From: an uncultured Dehalococcoidia bacterium
Lineage (GTDB): Bacteria > Chloroflexota > Dehalococcoidia > Lucifugimonadales > UBA3495
Direction: 5' to 3'
Length of the DNA stretch: 64,000 nucleotides
Assembly: GCA_964502995.1 (NCBI GenBank)
Contig: CAZCZB010000001.1
Location: forward strand, 45,854 to 109,853
Below the pieces are notes generated by a model that saw nothing but the letters and a program-made list of their open reading frames with translations, did no database searches and had not been told where the DNA came from. Below, piece by piece: positions 9,175 to 16,490 of this stretch (positions are counted from its first letter, which is position 1; each line of letters opens with the position of its first letter). The position numbers and the translations under genes are program-made.

Positions 9175-9683
9175 AACGATTTTTCTCGGTCCGCGGGGGC
9201 ACCAGGCCGCTTGGTTTGTGAGAGATCCAAGCGGTCAAAATTATGTTCTATTTTGACTGGTGACATTATACCCGGAGGCCCTTCCTGCCTCAACCGAAAA
9301 CAGGGGGTTCGGGCCGTTTTTGAGTACAAAAAGTGCTCATTTCGAGCAGGGTAGGGCGATTGCGCAACGGCCCGGCCGGGCGTTCCTAGGGCGCAGTTAA
9401 GGCCCCGAGTGCACCCTGATTTTTGCCCCAGCGAAAAATGGATGCCCCAGGGCGTCCGTAGACGGCCCGTATTGGCCGTTCCGGGATTCCATGCGGTATT
9501 ATTCGACGGAGTCGGAAAAATCGCTCAGGGGCCGGATATGGCGATTTTCGGGGGCATTTTCGACGGTGCGCCCGGGGCGATTTCGGGACGCCGGCAGGGG
9601 CCGGCAATCAGCGGTTACCCGGAAAAATCGGGTCTGTGGCGGATTACGAAAAGCGTCGCTTCGCTGGATGATATACGTCCCGG

Positions 9684-9803
9684 TCAGCTCGGGGGCGGAG
9701 TAGCGAAATTTCCTCTGAACGGGTTGAACTTCTTGACCAGCCTGGTGGCCTCGTGGCCGCAGCGGTGAAGCACGACCGTGCTGGCTTGGCTTTTGGTGGT
9801 CAT
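9684..9803 (-). CDS. short ORF (39 codons) behind hammerhead-b leader; possibly the 5' remnant of a disrupted gene
   Basis: My translation: MTTKSQASTVVLHRCGHEATRLVKKFNPFRGNFATPPPS*. Good SD (GCAAGGAGAGAGACC AUG). Followed by ~500 nt with no convincing ORF. Confidence 0.3.
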   Translation of the reverse strand: MTTKSQASTVVLHRCGHEATRLVKKFNPFRGNFATPPPS

Positions 9804-9835
9804 GGTCTCTCTCCTTGCAGGGTTGGTGTAGGTAT

Positions 9836-9891
9836 CCCGCGACGGCCCGTAGGTTGGGGCCGTTTCGCCGTCTCACGGCTCATCAGGCAGG
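9836..9891 (-). ncRNA. hammerhead ribozyme, type I (copy b)
   Basis: CCUGC CUGAUGA GCCGU-GAG-ACGGC GAA A-CGGCCC-CAACCUAC-GGGCCG-U C^GCGGG. Predicted cleavage between 9841 and 9840. Confidence 0.85.
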
Positions 9892-10092
9892 CTGGTTCTC
9901 GGAGTTTGCCAAGCAGTCTTCGCAGTTCACCATGTAGCCTGCCGAGCTGTAGACCACGTAGTGCTCTCCCGCCATAGTGGACTGGCCCATGGCATAGTGG
10001 CGGGTCGTGACCTCGGCCAAACAGGCGGGCCGGGAGCTACCAACGCACTCTGTCAAATGGAAGGTAGCGCGCTTCTCGAACTTCTCAAACAT
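9883..10092 (-). CDS. small Cys-containing hypothetical protein
   Basis: 69 aa ending ...SENQPA, with its UGA being core nucleotides U4-G5-A6 of hammerhead b. SD AAGGAGAGAGACC before ATG 10092. Confidence 0.55.
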   Translation of the reverse strand: MFEKFEKRATFHLTECVGSSRPACLAEVTTRHYAMGQSTMAGEHYVVYSSAGYMVNCEDCLANSENQPA

Positions 10093-10134
10093 GGTCTCTC
10101 TCCTTGCCTTGTGAACTAGCGTTCTGATACGATA

Positions 10135-10162
10135 ACGATAGCAGACCGACCAGTGGTGTAAA
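10135..10162 (-). promoter_or_regulatory. candidate promoter TTTACA-N16-TATCGT (TGC extended -10)
   Basis: Minus strand: CCCCTTTACACCACTGGTCGGTCTGCTATCGT. Nearly identical copy at 18145-18172. Confidence 0.4.
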
Positions 10163-10367
10163 GGGGTTTGCGGAAAATGCGAACCGTGGCATTGGGACGC
10201 CGGCCAGCGAGCGCATCGGACGCCCTGGGCTGCTACGGCGGTAAGACCGTCTGCAAAAAAACCAGTTCAGGATAGGTAGGAAGCGGGGGTTCTGTAACAT
10301 TTGCGGGGTAGTTCCCTGTTCTAAAAACTCGTGCTGGGATTTGGCGGTTTTAGAACGCTACCCCCCC

Positions 10368-10397
10368 TTGACAGGGTGTATCCGTAGGGTGTATCCT
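10368..10397 (+). promoter_or_regulatory. candidate promoter TTGACA-N18-TATCCT overlapped by a tandem direct repeat GGGTGTATCC x2
   Basis: TTGACA at 10368-10373 and TATCCT at 10392-10397. The spacer and -10 consist of GGGTGTATCC-gta-GGGTGTATCC. Confidence 0.45.
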
Positions 10398-10427
10398 ATG
10401 GGTACATCAAAAACGGAGGAACCCAAA

Positions 10428-10928
10428 ATGGCCACCACCGTCAACGGCTACGAGATAAAACCTGGCGCAGACCTGCGCCATGCGTGCCTGACCGGCGCGG
10501 ACCTGTACCGCGCGGACCTGTACCGCGCGGACCTGTACCGCGCGAACTTGCGCGGCGCGGACCTGATCGGCGCAGACCTGCGCCATGCGTGCCTGACCGG
10601 CGCGGACCTGTACGGCGCGGACCTGTACCGCGCGACCCTGCGCCATGCGGACCTGTACGGCGCGAACTTGCGCGGCGCGAACCTGTACGGCGCGAACCTG
10701 TACGGCGCGAACCTGACCTGCGCGGACCTGATCGGCGCGGACCTGCGCCGTGCGTGCACCGGCGCGAACCTGCGCCATGCGGACCTGACCGGCGCGGACC
10801 TGCGCCGCGCGGACCTGTACGGCGCGGACCTGACCGGCGCGGACCTGACCGGCGCGAACCTGTACCGCGCGGACCTGTACGGCGCGACCCTGCCCTCTGG
10901 ATGGCACGCAGTCAGCTGCTGGTACTGA
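10428..10928 (+). CDS. pentapeptide-repeat protein
   Basis: 166 aa from ATG 10428 (RBS GGAGGA). Nearly the whole length is A(D/N)L(Y/R/I/T)(G/R/C) pentads (ADLYR ADLYR ANLRG ADLIG...). Built from near-identical 15-nt DNA units. Confidence 0.85.
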   Translation: MATTVNGYEIKPGADLRHACLTGADLYRADLYRADLYRANLRGADLIGADLRHACLTGADLYGADLYRATLRHADLYGANLRGANLYGANLYGANLTCADLIGADLRRACTGANLRHADLTGADLRRADLYGADLTGADLTGANLYRADLYGATLPSGWHAVSCWY

Positions 10929-10932
10929 TGCG

Positions 10933-11106
10933 ATGCCCCCCTACGCCGATCCCGCTGACCGCCGCGCATTCGAGCGGTTGCGCGCAGAGCGTCGCCGCAA
11001 CGCCGGCCTCTGCGCCAACTGCAACAGCAAGGCCGAACCTGGCCACTCACGCTGCGCCAAGTGCGCGGAACGCCGCAAGAACCGCTTGACTACCCCGCAA
11101 ATGTAA
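10933..11106 (+). CDS. small zinc-ribbon-like protein (57 aa)
   Basis: Below the track cutoff. My translation: MPPYADPADRRAFERLRAERRRNAGLCANCNSKAEPGHSRCAKCAERRKNRLTTPQM*. Has CxxC...CxxC. Its stop lies inside IR-R of the cassette. Confidence 0.45.
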   Translation: MPPYADPADRRAFERLRAERRRNAGLCANCNSKAEPGHSRCAKCAERRKNRLTTPQM

Positions 11107-11330
11107 CAGAACCGAAGCGGGACTTCCATAAATCCTGCGTGTGCGGCCTTGTGGCAAAAATCGCCAGTCCGAACCGTTCGAGAAAAACCGCTCCAGGATG
11201 GTAAAGGGGCGATGCGGCGAAACCCTCGCGTGTGCAGCCTTGTGGCCTGTGTGCGCCGCCTTGCGAAATTGCCTTAGAGCGGCGCCGAACGGAGCTTGTT
11301 GGGCCGGAGCGTGGGGGACGGCGAGACAAC

Positions 11331-11368
11331 AAAAAAAGGCCGGGGCAGGGTTCAACCCTGCCCCGGCC
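11331..11368 (-). terminator. rho-independent terminator (minus strand)
   Basis: Perfect 13-bp stem GGCCGGGGCAGGG/CCCTGCCCCGGCC with a 5-nt loop. An A7 run on the plus side gives U7 after the hairpin on the minus strand, downstream of the 11403..11924 gene. Confidence 0.7.
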
Positions 11369-11402
11369 TCGGGATCCCTTTTCGGTGATGGAGGTAGGCG
11401 CT

Positions 11403-11924
11403 TCAGACCACCGTTTCGTCATTCGCCAACAGTTGCCGGTCTTTAATCACAATTGGCCCGGCGTAGCCAGACTCCAGAAATCTCTGCACCTGTTCTGGGC
11501 TCGGCGGTCGCTCCCCCCGCCGCTGCGCCCAGAAATCACCATTGGCTACGAGGTAGTCGCCAAGTTCCTCAAGTGTCGGGAAAGGCGGCGAGACCGGCGT
11601 GCCTTCGCTTATGGTTTCATACACCTGATACCAGGTCGGTGCCTCCGCGAAGGGCGGCCGGTAGTCCTCTTTCATGGGAGGTCCACCATCGTACTCCCAG
11701 TATTCCATGTGCCGAGTCTCATCGCTCAGGTCTGGGTGGTCCCCGGTCTCCCACTGGCGGAAGTTCTCCTTCCACGTGTGGCTTGCTTCCTCGAAGCATT
11801 CGTCGAACAACGGCTTGTAGTGGCCCATCCAATCCTTACTGATTCGATTGCCGGTGGGCGGGTCATCCTCGGTGTAGCGCGGATGCTCCCAGTTTGGCGG
11901 CACTCGCCTGATCTCTCTGCCCAT
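11403..11924 (-). CDS. hypothetical phage protein
   Basis: 173 aa (MGREIRRVPPNWEHPRYTEDD...). Followed by a strong terminator. Confidence 0.65.
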   Translation of the reverse strand: MGREIRRVPPNWEHPRYTEDDPPTGNRISKDWMGHYKPLFDECFEEASHTWKENFRQWETGDHPDLSDETRHMEYWEYDGGPPMKEDYRPPFAEAPTWYQVYETISEGTPVSPPFPTLEELGDYLVANGDFWAQRRGERPPSPEQVQRFLESGYAGPIVIKDRQLLANDETVV

Positions 11925-11952
11925 GATATTCCTCCAATCGTCATTAGCGAAT

Positions 11953-12315
11953 CTACTTGTCCGGGTGTTCAGCGGCAGGAGGCCGGCCAGGGCGTCCCCT
12001 GATGCGTTCGATTGGCGTGGGGATCGCCCATTTCTTGCCGATCTTCCTGGCCCCCACGATTCGCCCGCTCCAACAGAGCTGGATCACACGTTTCGTCGTG
12101 ACGCCCAGTTCGGCGGCGGCCTCTTCCACAGTCACGTGGTTTTTCTCCCAAGGGGCCTTGGGTTCGATGTTGAACGGATCTGGAATTGCCCAGGTAGCAC
12201 CCATCTTGAACGCGCCCCTTATGCGGCCTTCCCTGCACATTTGGCTGATCCAGCTGATGTGGCAGCCTTCCCGCTCCGCGGCTTGCCGAACGCTGATGTA
12301 TGGGGCTGGCGGCAT
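11953..12315 (-). CDS. tandem excisionase/MerR-type helix-turn-helix DNA-binding protein
   Basis: Two repeats of the HTH_17-like pattern: ISVRQAAEREGCHISWISQMCREGRIRGAFKMGATWAIP and VTVEEAAAELGVTTKRVIQLCWSGRIVGARKIGKKWAIP. Confidence 0.7.
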   Translation of the reverse strand: MPPAPYISVRQAAEREGCHISWISQMCREGRIRGAFKMGATWAIPDPFNIEPKAPWEKNHVTVEEAAAELGVTTKRVIQLCWSGRIVGARKIGKKWAIPTPIERIRGRPGRPPAAEHPDK

Positions 12316-12324
12316 GTCAGTCCG

Positions 12325-13602
12325 CTATTCCAAACCTGGCCTAATCTGCGTTATCTGACCTAATCTCTCGATTGGCGATCCACAGGCAGGCACAGTGTTG
12401 GTTGACGCTTCACCGACCACCGCCGGCGTAGCCGGACTTACACAGTCTCCACGTCCTGACACCGGGAAGCTCGAACCCGGCCATTGTTCCAAATTCAGCG
12501 CGGCGTTCGCGTCACGCTCGACCAGCGCACCACATCCGCCGCAATACCACTGCCGATCAGAGAGCGTCATCTCTGCGTTGTGCCATCCGCAGTGAGCGCA
12601 CAGCCTGGACGAAGGGAACCATCGATCCGCCTTCTCAAAGTGGGCGCCGTACCAGGCGCACTTGTACTCCAGTTTGACCAGGAACCCGGCCATCCCAGCA
12701 TCGGCGATGGCCCGCGCCAGTCGCCGGTTCCGCATCATGCCAGCCACGTTCAGCGTCTCCACCACCACCCGGCCCGCCGACTTGGCTATCGCCGTCGTCG
12801 CCTTGTGGTGGTTGTCATTCCGAACGTTGACTATCCTGGCGTGCAGCCGCCGTCGTTTCGCGTACAGACACTCGCGCCGGTTGGAGCGATTGCTCTTGCC
12901 GTGGACGTTCCGGCTGCGGGCGATGGCTTTGTCAAGCCGGCGCAACTGCTTGAGGCCGCTGGCCAGCGCCTTTGGATTGGCCACCCTGGTACCGTCCGAG
13001 CACTCGGCCATCGTACCAACGCCGACATCGACACCGGTGGTCCGTCCATCCTTGACCGGCGGCGGTTGTTCACCGTCCTCGATGCAGAACGCGGCGAACC
13101 ACGTCCCCGCCGTGCGATTGATCGTTACCTCGCGGATCGAGCCGGGAAAGCGCAGAGCCTCCACCATGTCCACCCGGCCTATCTTCGGGAGGACCACCGC
13201 CTTGCCGTCCACGCGCACGGTGTCGGGACCGTTGTCGGCTCGGAATCCTTGTTCGTGCCGCCGCCGCTTGAAACGCGGGAACCCAACGCGCCGTCCTGGG
13301 CGCTGGCCAGCCTTCACCGCCTTGCGGTACGCCCCCCAACCCGCCGCGGCCTGGCCGAAGTCGATGATGGCGTATTTCGCAGCGTTCTGAGACAGCGGCG
13401 CGGACCATGGGGCGATCATCCCCTTGACCTTGTTCCAACGCGGCCGCAACGTGCGCTCGGACAGCCACTCGCCAACGTCCAGTCCAGCCTTGAACTCGCC
13501 CACCGCCCAGTTGTAGGCGAACCTGGCATAGCCGGCGTGCTGAGCCAGGACGGACTCCTGCTCCCGCGTAGGCTTCAACGCTATCCGGTGTGCTCGCTTC
13601 AT
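12325..13602 (-). CDS. tnpB: TnpB (OrfB) RNA-guided-endonuclease-type transposon protein
   Basis: 425 aa. N-terminal MKRAHRIALKPTREQESVLAQHAGYARFAYNWAV and a C-terminal zinc ribbon CAHCGWHN...WYCGGCGALVERDANAALNL. Confidence 0.9.
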   Translation of the reverse strand: MKRAHRIALKPTREQESVLAQHAGYARFAYNWAVGEFKAGLDVGEWLSERTLRPRWNKVKGMIAPWSAPLSQNAAKYAIIDFGQAAAGWGAYRKAVKAGQRPGRRVGFPRFKRRRHEQGFRADNGPDTVRVDGKAVVLPKIGRVDMVEALRFPGSIREVTINRTAGTWFAAFCIEDGEQPPPVKDGRTTGVDVGVGTMAECSDGTRVANPKALASGLKQLRRLDKAIARSRNVHGKSNRSNRRECLYAKRRRLHARIVNVRNDNHHKATTAIAKSAGRVVVETLNVAGMMRNRRLARAIADAGMAGFLVKLEYKCAWYGAHFEKADRWFPSSRLCAHCGWHNAEMTLSDRQWYCGGCGALVERDANAALNLEQWPGSSFPVSGRGDCVSPATPAVVGEASTNTVPACGSPIERLGQITQIRPGLE

Positions 13603-13605
13603 GGC

Positions 13606-14262
13606 CTATCCGATCAGCGACAGTTGCCGCGCCGTCTCCACCACAGTCTGATCTCCATCGTTGGCCAGCGCGTCCAGCAGTTTCTTGCTCTTGTGGCTGC
13701 GACTGCCGTACAACTTCGCCGAAAACACGGTGATGATCTCCAGCACGTCCTGCGCCAACTCTTCCTCAAAACTCGGCTGCTCGCCTTGATGGATGATGAC
13801 GATCTCGATACCTTGCAGCTCGCACAACGTGAACACCAGTTCAGCGCCGAACCGCAACAGCCGGTCCTTGTGCGTGATTACCAGCCGCTCCGTCCGCCGG
13901 CGCAGGATCAACTCCAGCAACTCCTGGAGTCCTTTCTTGCGGTAGTTCATACCGCTGCCGAGGTCGCGGATCACCTGGGTGCGCCATCCTTTCGTCGCGC
14001 AGTAGGCCTCTAGCGCGGCGTGCTGGCGATCCAGATCCGCCTTCTGGTCCGGGCTGGATACTCGCGAATAGCAAATGGTCAGCGGTTCCGCCGGGTCGCT
14101 CCGGTAGCCGAGCAGGTCCGCGACGGCGTAGTAGCGAGTGCCGCCCTGCGTTTTGCGCGTCGGCATCAATTCGCCGGTGGACTCCCACTTCCGCAACTGT
14201 CCCGGTGTGGTCCCGAGCATTCTCGCCGCTTCGCCTATCTTGACCAGTCTGGCATCGTTCAT
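13606..14262 (-). CDS. tnpA: IS607-type serine recombinase transposase
   Basis: 218 aa. MerR-like HTH (VKIGEAARMLGTTPGQLRKWESTGEL) followed by the resolvase catalytic motif ICYSRVSSPDQKADLDRQ. Confidence 0.9.
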   Translation of the reverse strand: MNDARLVKIGEAARMLGTTPGQLRKWESTGELMPTRKTQGGTRYYAVADLLGYRSDPAEPLTICYSRVSSPDQKADLDRQHAALEAYCATKGWRTQVIRDLGSGMNYRKKGLQELLELILRRRTERLVITHKDRLLRFGAELVFTLCELQGIEIVIIHQGEQPSFEEELAQDVLEIITVFSAKLYGSRSHKSKKLLDALANDGDQTVVETARQLSLIG

Positions 14263-14298
14263 TAGACCATATTAGCATCGATTAGGTGAGATTTTGGC

Positions 14299-15057
14299 TT
14301 ACAGTTTCAAACCCCGTAGTTTCTTCAACCGGGCCAACCGGTCTTTCTGGCGCTTGATGTTGCCGCCGAGGTTCTGCAGGACATAAGGCGGGAACGTCTT
14401 GCGGCCGTGATTGGCGGCGGCGAATTGGAGATCCCTCGTTTCCTTCTCGGTCAACCCCAGGCTGTCCAGGGGTTCGCCCTTGCGGATGCGCCGGTTCAGG
14501 TCCTTGATCCTTTCCCGCTGCTCTTCCAGCATGGCGATGCGCTCGGTCAGCGCTTCGATCACGTCGGGGTCATCGTCGTAGATGGACTGGTCCAGCTGTC
14601 GCCGGATTCCCTCGGCCGCCTGCTGGTGGCGGTCCGCCATTCGGTGATGCTCAATTCCTTCAAACGCCTTCCGCTCCGAGGTTCCCAGCGCTTTCCGGTG
14701 GGCGCGCTCCGAGTGGTGTCCCACCAGGATGGGCTGGCCCAGCGGGATTCCCTCCACGGCCTGGCGGCTGGCTTCCCATGCCGCCTCTCCCTTCCGTTCT
14801 CGGCTGTCGGCCCACTCCTCCCGCCGCTCGGCCCGCCGATCCAATCGGTCGCGGGTCGCTCCCGACGCCGGCTCCGTTTGATCGGTGGACCATACGCCGG
14901 CGATGACCTCCTCGACCAGTACGGCAGTCCAGGTCTTGCCCTTGCGGGTCGTAACCTGGACCGTCTCACCGGTCACTCCACCGGGGCCTACCAGCACTCC
15001 CCAACCTAGTCCGCCGGGCAGTTTGCGCGGCGTTGCGTTCTTCAATTCGTTGGACAT
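14299..15057 (-). CDS. DUF3560-like phage/plasmid protein
   Basis: Start at ATG 15057 (MSNELKN; RBS GGAAAGGAGGAT). GQPILVGHHSERAHRKAL plus Arg/Glu-rich helices match my recollection of DUF3560. Confidence 0.65.
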   Translation of the reverse strand: MSNELKNATPRKLPGGLGWGVLVGPGGVTGETVQVTTRKGKTWTAVLVEEVIAGVWSTDQTEPASGATRDRLDRRAERREEWADSRERKGEAAWEASRQAVEGIPLGQPILVGHHSERAHRKALGTSERKAFEGIEHHRMADRHQQAAEGIRRQLDQSIYDDDPDVIEALTERIAMLEEQRERIKDLNRRIRKGEPLDSLGLTEKETRDLQFAAANHGRKTFPPYVLQNLGGNIKRQKDRLARLKKLRGLKL

Positions 15058-15080
15058 TCTATCCTCCTTTCCAATTCCCG

Positions 15081-15671
15081 CTACACGATTCGCCAGAAAA
15101 CCTGGGCGATGGTCTCGTCTTCCCGTTGCTGGTGGATCAGGTGGTTTGCCAGGTGATCTACCCAATGGACGCCGAACCGGTCTCGTCGGGGATCGCCTGT
15201 GGCGTTGTCGATGACGCAGTGCTCATAGATCCACTGCAACGCATCGGCCAACCTTTCCTCGTGGTTCGACCGGCTCCGGTGACAGAAAACGAAGTCGGCG
15301 CCGAACTTCACCAGTTTCACCTCCTCGGGCATCAGGTCAATCAGCATCCTGTTGTCCTCGCCCTGGTGGTGCCCCATGCTGCCCTCGGTACCGGGATCGA
15401 AATGCACCAGCACCGTACCGTCGGGCTTCAGGTAGTGGGTGCGGTAATAGGCCAGGTCAATTGACCCGTCGAACCCGCCGCCCTCGTACTGCCTGACGAC
15501 GGCTTCGACCGCGGATTCCAGGGGGCCGTCCTCCCATCTGACGTTGATGCTGCCACCGCCGGCGTACCTCTCGGACCGGACACTGAACTTCCGGCCTGGA
15601 AAGGCTGACTTCAATCGCTGGCGGACGAGCTTGGCCGTCTCCGCCGGATTCAGGTAGGTGTAGTCAGACAT
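15081..15671 (-). CDS. conserved hypothetical phage/plasmid protein
   Basis: 196 aa (LVRQRLKSAFPGRKFSVRSERYAGGGSINVRWEDGP...). RBS GAAGGAGG before ATG 15671. Family name not asserted. Confidence 0.6.
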   Translation of the reverse strand: MSDYTYLNPAETAKLVRQRLKSAFPGRKFSVRSERYAGGGSINVRWEDGPLESAVEAVVRQYEGGGFDGSIDLAYYRTHYLKPDGTVLVHFDPGTEGSMGHHQGEDNRMLIDLMPEEVKLVKFGADFVFCHRSRSNHEERLADALQWIYEHCVIDNATGDPRRDRFGVHWVDHLANHLIHQQREDETIAQVFWRIV

Positions 15672-15886
15672 CGTGGTCTTGCCTCCTTCTACTCACAGGG
15701 TTGCCGTCGCGCGCTGGCGGTGGAAAAGTAGTACCGCCGGCAGACGTAGCATTGGCGTCCGCCCAACTTGTCGGGCGGCGCCAGTCGGTGCTGCCGTCCG
15801 GAGACACACGCCCGGCAGGGGCAATGGTCGCCGTGCTCTCACCAAGGGCCCAGCAACGTTGGCATTGGTATCTGCCCTTCCATCGC

Positions 15887-16180
15887 TCAGGCTATCCTGG
15901 CGGTTGCCCGTTCGTAGTCGCGGCTTCGCCGCAGGATCCGGTAGATGGAGCGATCAGTAACCTGAAACCGTACCGCCGCTTCCCTGGTCGTCAGGCCCTC
16001 ATTCCTGATAATCGCCGCAACGATCAGGTCGCGCTCCCGGCGTTGCTGCAACCGGTAATCAGCCAGCGCGTCGGGATTGTCGTAGAGACATTCCGGCAAC
16101 GGGCAATTCAGGCACGAGGGGAAATACTTGCAGCCGGTGTCCTTGTAATAGTCCGGCCAGTGATTTTCCATCTGATCCAT
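15887..16180 (-). CDS. small HTH DNA-binding protein
   Basis: Start at ATG 16180 (MDQMENH; RBS GAGGAA). The C-terminal LTTREAAVRFQVTDRSIYRILRR is a typical HTH. N-terminal Cys cluster. Confidence 0.6.
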   Translation of the reverse strand: MDQMENHWPDYYKDTGCKYFPSCLNCPLPECLYDNPDALADYRLQQRRERDLIVAAIIRNEGLTTREAAVRFQVTDRSIYRILRRSRDYERATARIA

Positions 16181-16259
16181 GTCCTTGTTCCTCTGACCTG
16201 CCTTGTTCAACGCCGGGCGGTCAACCCCGGTCGGACGCCCCGTGTCCGGGGCGTTTCGG

Positions 16260-16433
16260 CTATCCCTCGGCAACCGTTACTTCGATGGCCTTGGGAGCGC
16301 CGCCGGGGAACGCGGACTTGCTGATGTACACCGTGCTGACGGCGGCGTTTTCGTCCACTGCGGCGTACCGGTAGGTGCCCTTGGTCTCCTTGTCCTGTTC
16401 CATTCGAATGCTGATTGGTGTAATCTTTGCCAT
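16260..16433 (-). CDS. small hypothetical protein (57 aa)
   Basis: Below the track cutoff. My translation: MAKITPISIRMEQDKETKGTYRYAAVDENAAVSTVYISKSAFPGGAPKAIEVTVAEG*. RBS AAGGAGG before ATG 16433. Confidence 0.5.
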   Translation of the reverse strand: MAKITPISIRMEQDKETKGTYRYAAVDENAAVSTVYISKSAFPGGAPKAIEVTVAEG

Positions 16434-16460
16434 GGTTCTTCCTCCTTGGCAGGTGAATCT

Positions 16461-16483
16461 GGGGGCCGGACATTCCGGCCCCC
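16461..16483 (-). other. intercistronic GC hairpin immediately after dnaN stop
   Basis: GGGGGCCGG-aaugu-CCGGCCCCC (9 bp) with no U tract. Followed by an SD for the next gene. Confidence 0.5.
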
Positions 16484-16490
16484 GTGGTGG

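Larger units (their letters stand above)
10288..11113 (+). mobile_element. 826-bp non-autonomous cassette with 24-bp terminal inverted repeats and 8-bp target duplication, carrying a pentapeptide-repeat gene
   Basis: IR-L GGTTCTGTAACATTTGCGGGGTAG (10288-10311) matches the reverse complement of IR-R CTACCCCGCAAATGTAACAGAACC (11090-11113) at 23/24. Flanked by direct GAAGCGGG at 10280-10287 and 11114-11121. An uninterrupted paralog of the flanks exists at ~22618-22680. Confidence 0.65.
12320..14295 (-). mobile_element. IS607-family insertion sequence (tnpA serine recombinase + tnpB)
   Basis: tnpA and tnpB are adjacent, 3 nt apart. Subterminal short repeats: ATTAG x3 at exact 10-bp spacing (14261, 14271, 14281) and CCTAATC x2 in inverse orientation at 12340-12346 and 12359-12365. 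Exact ends are approximate. Confidence 0.7.

Noticed and set aside
7560-9360. Attempt to define terminal inverted repeats and a target duplication for the DDE-transposase IS.
   Set aside because: The only match found by eye was a weak one (CGCTCCTACC versus CGCCCTACC in inverse orientation), too short to trust. The ends are left undefined.
10440-10910. Regular short repeats that could be mistaken for a CRISPR array.
   Set aside because: The period is 15 nt with no unique spacers. The repeats translate continuously as a pentapeptide-repeat protein with its own RBS and promoter.
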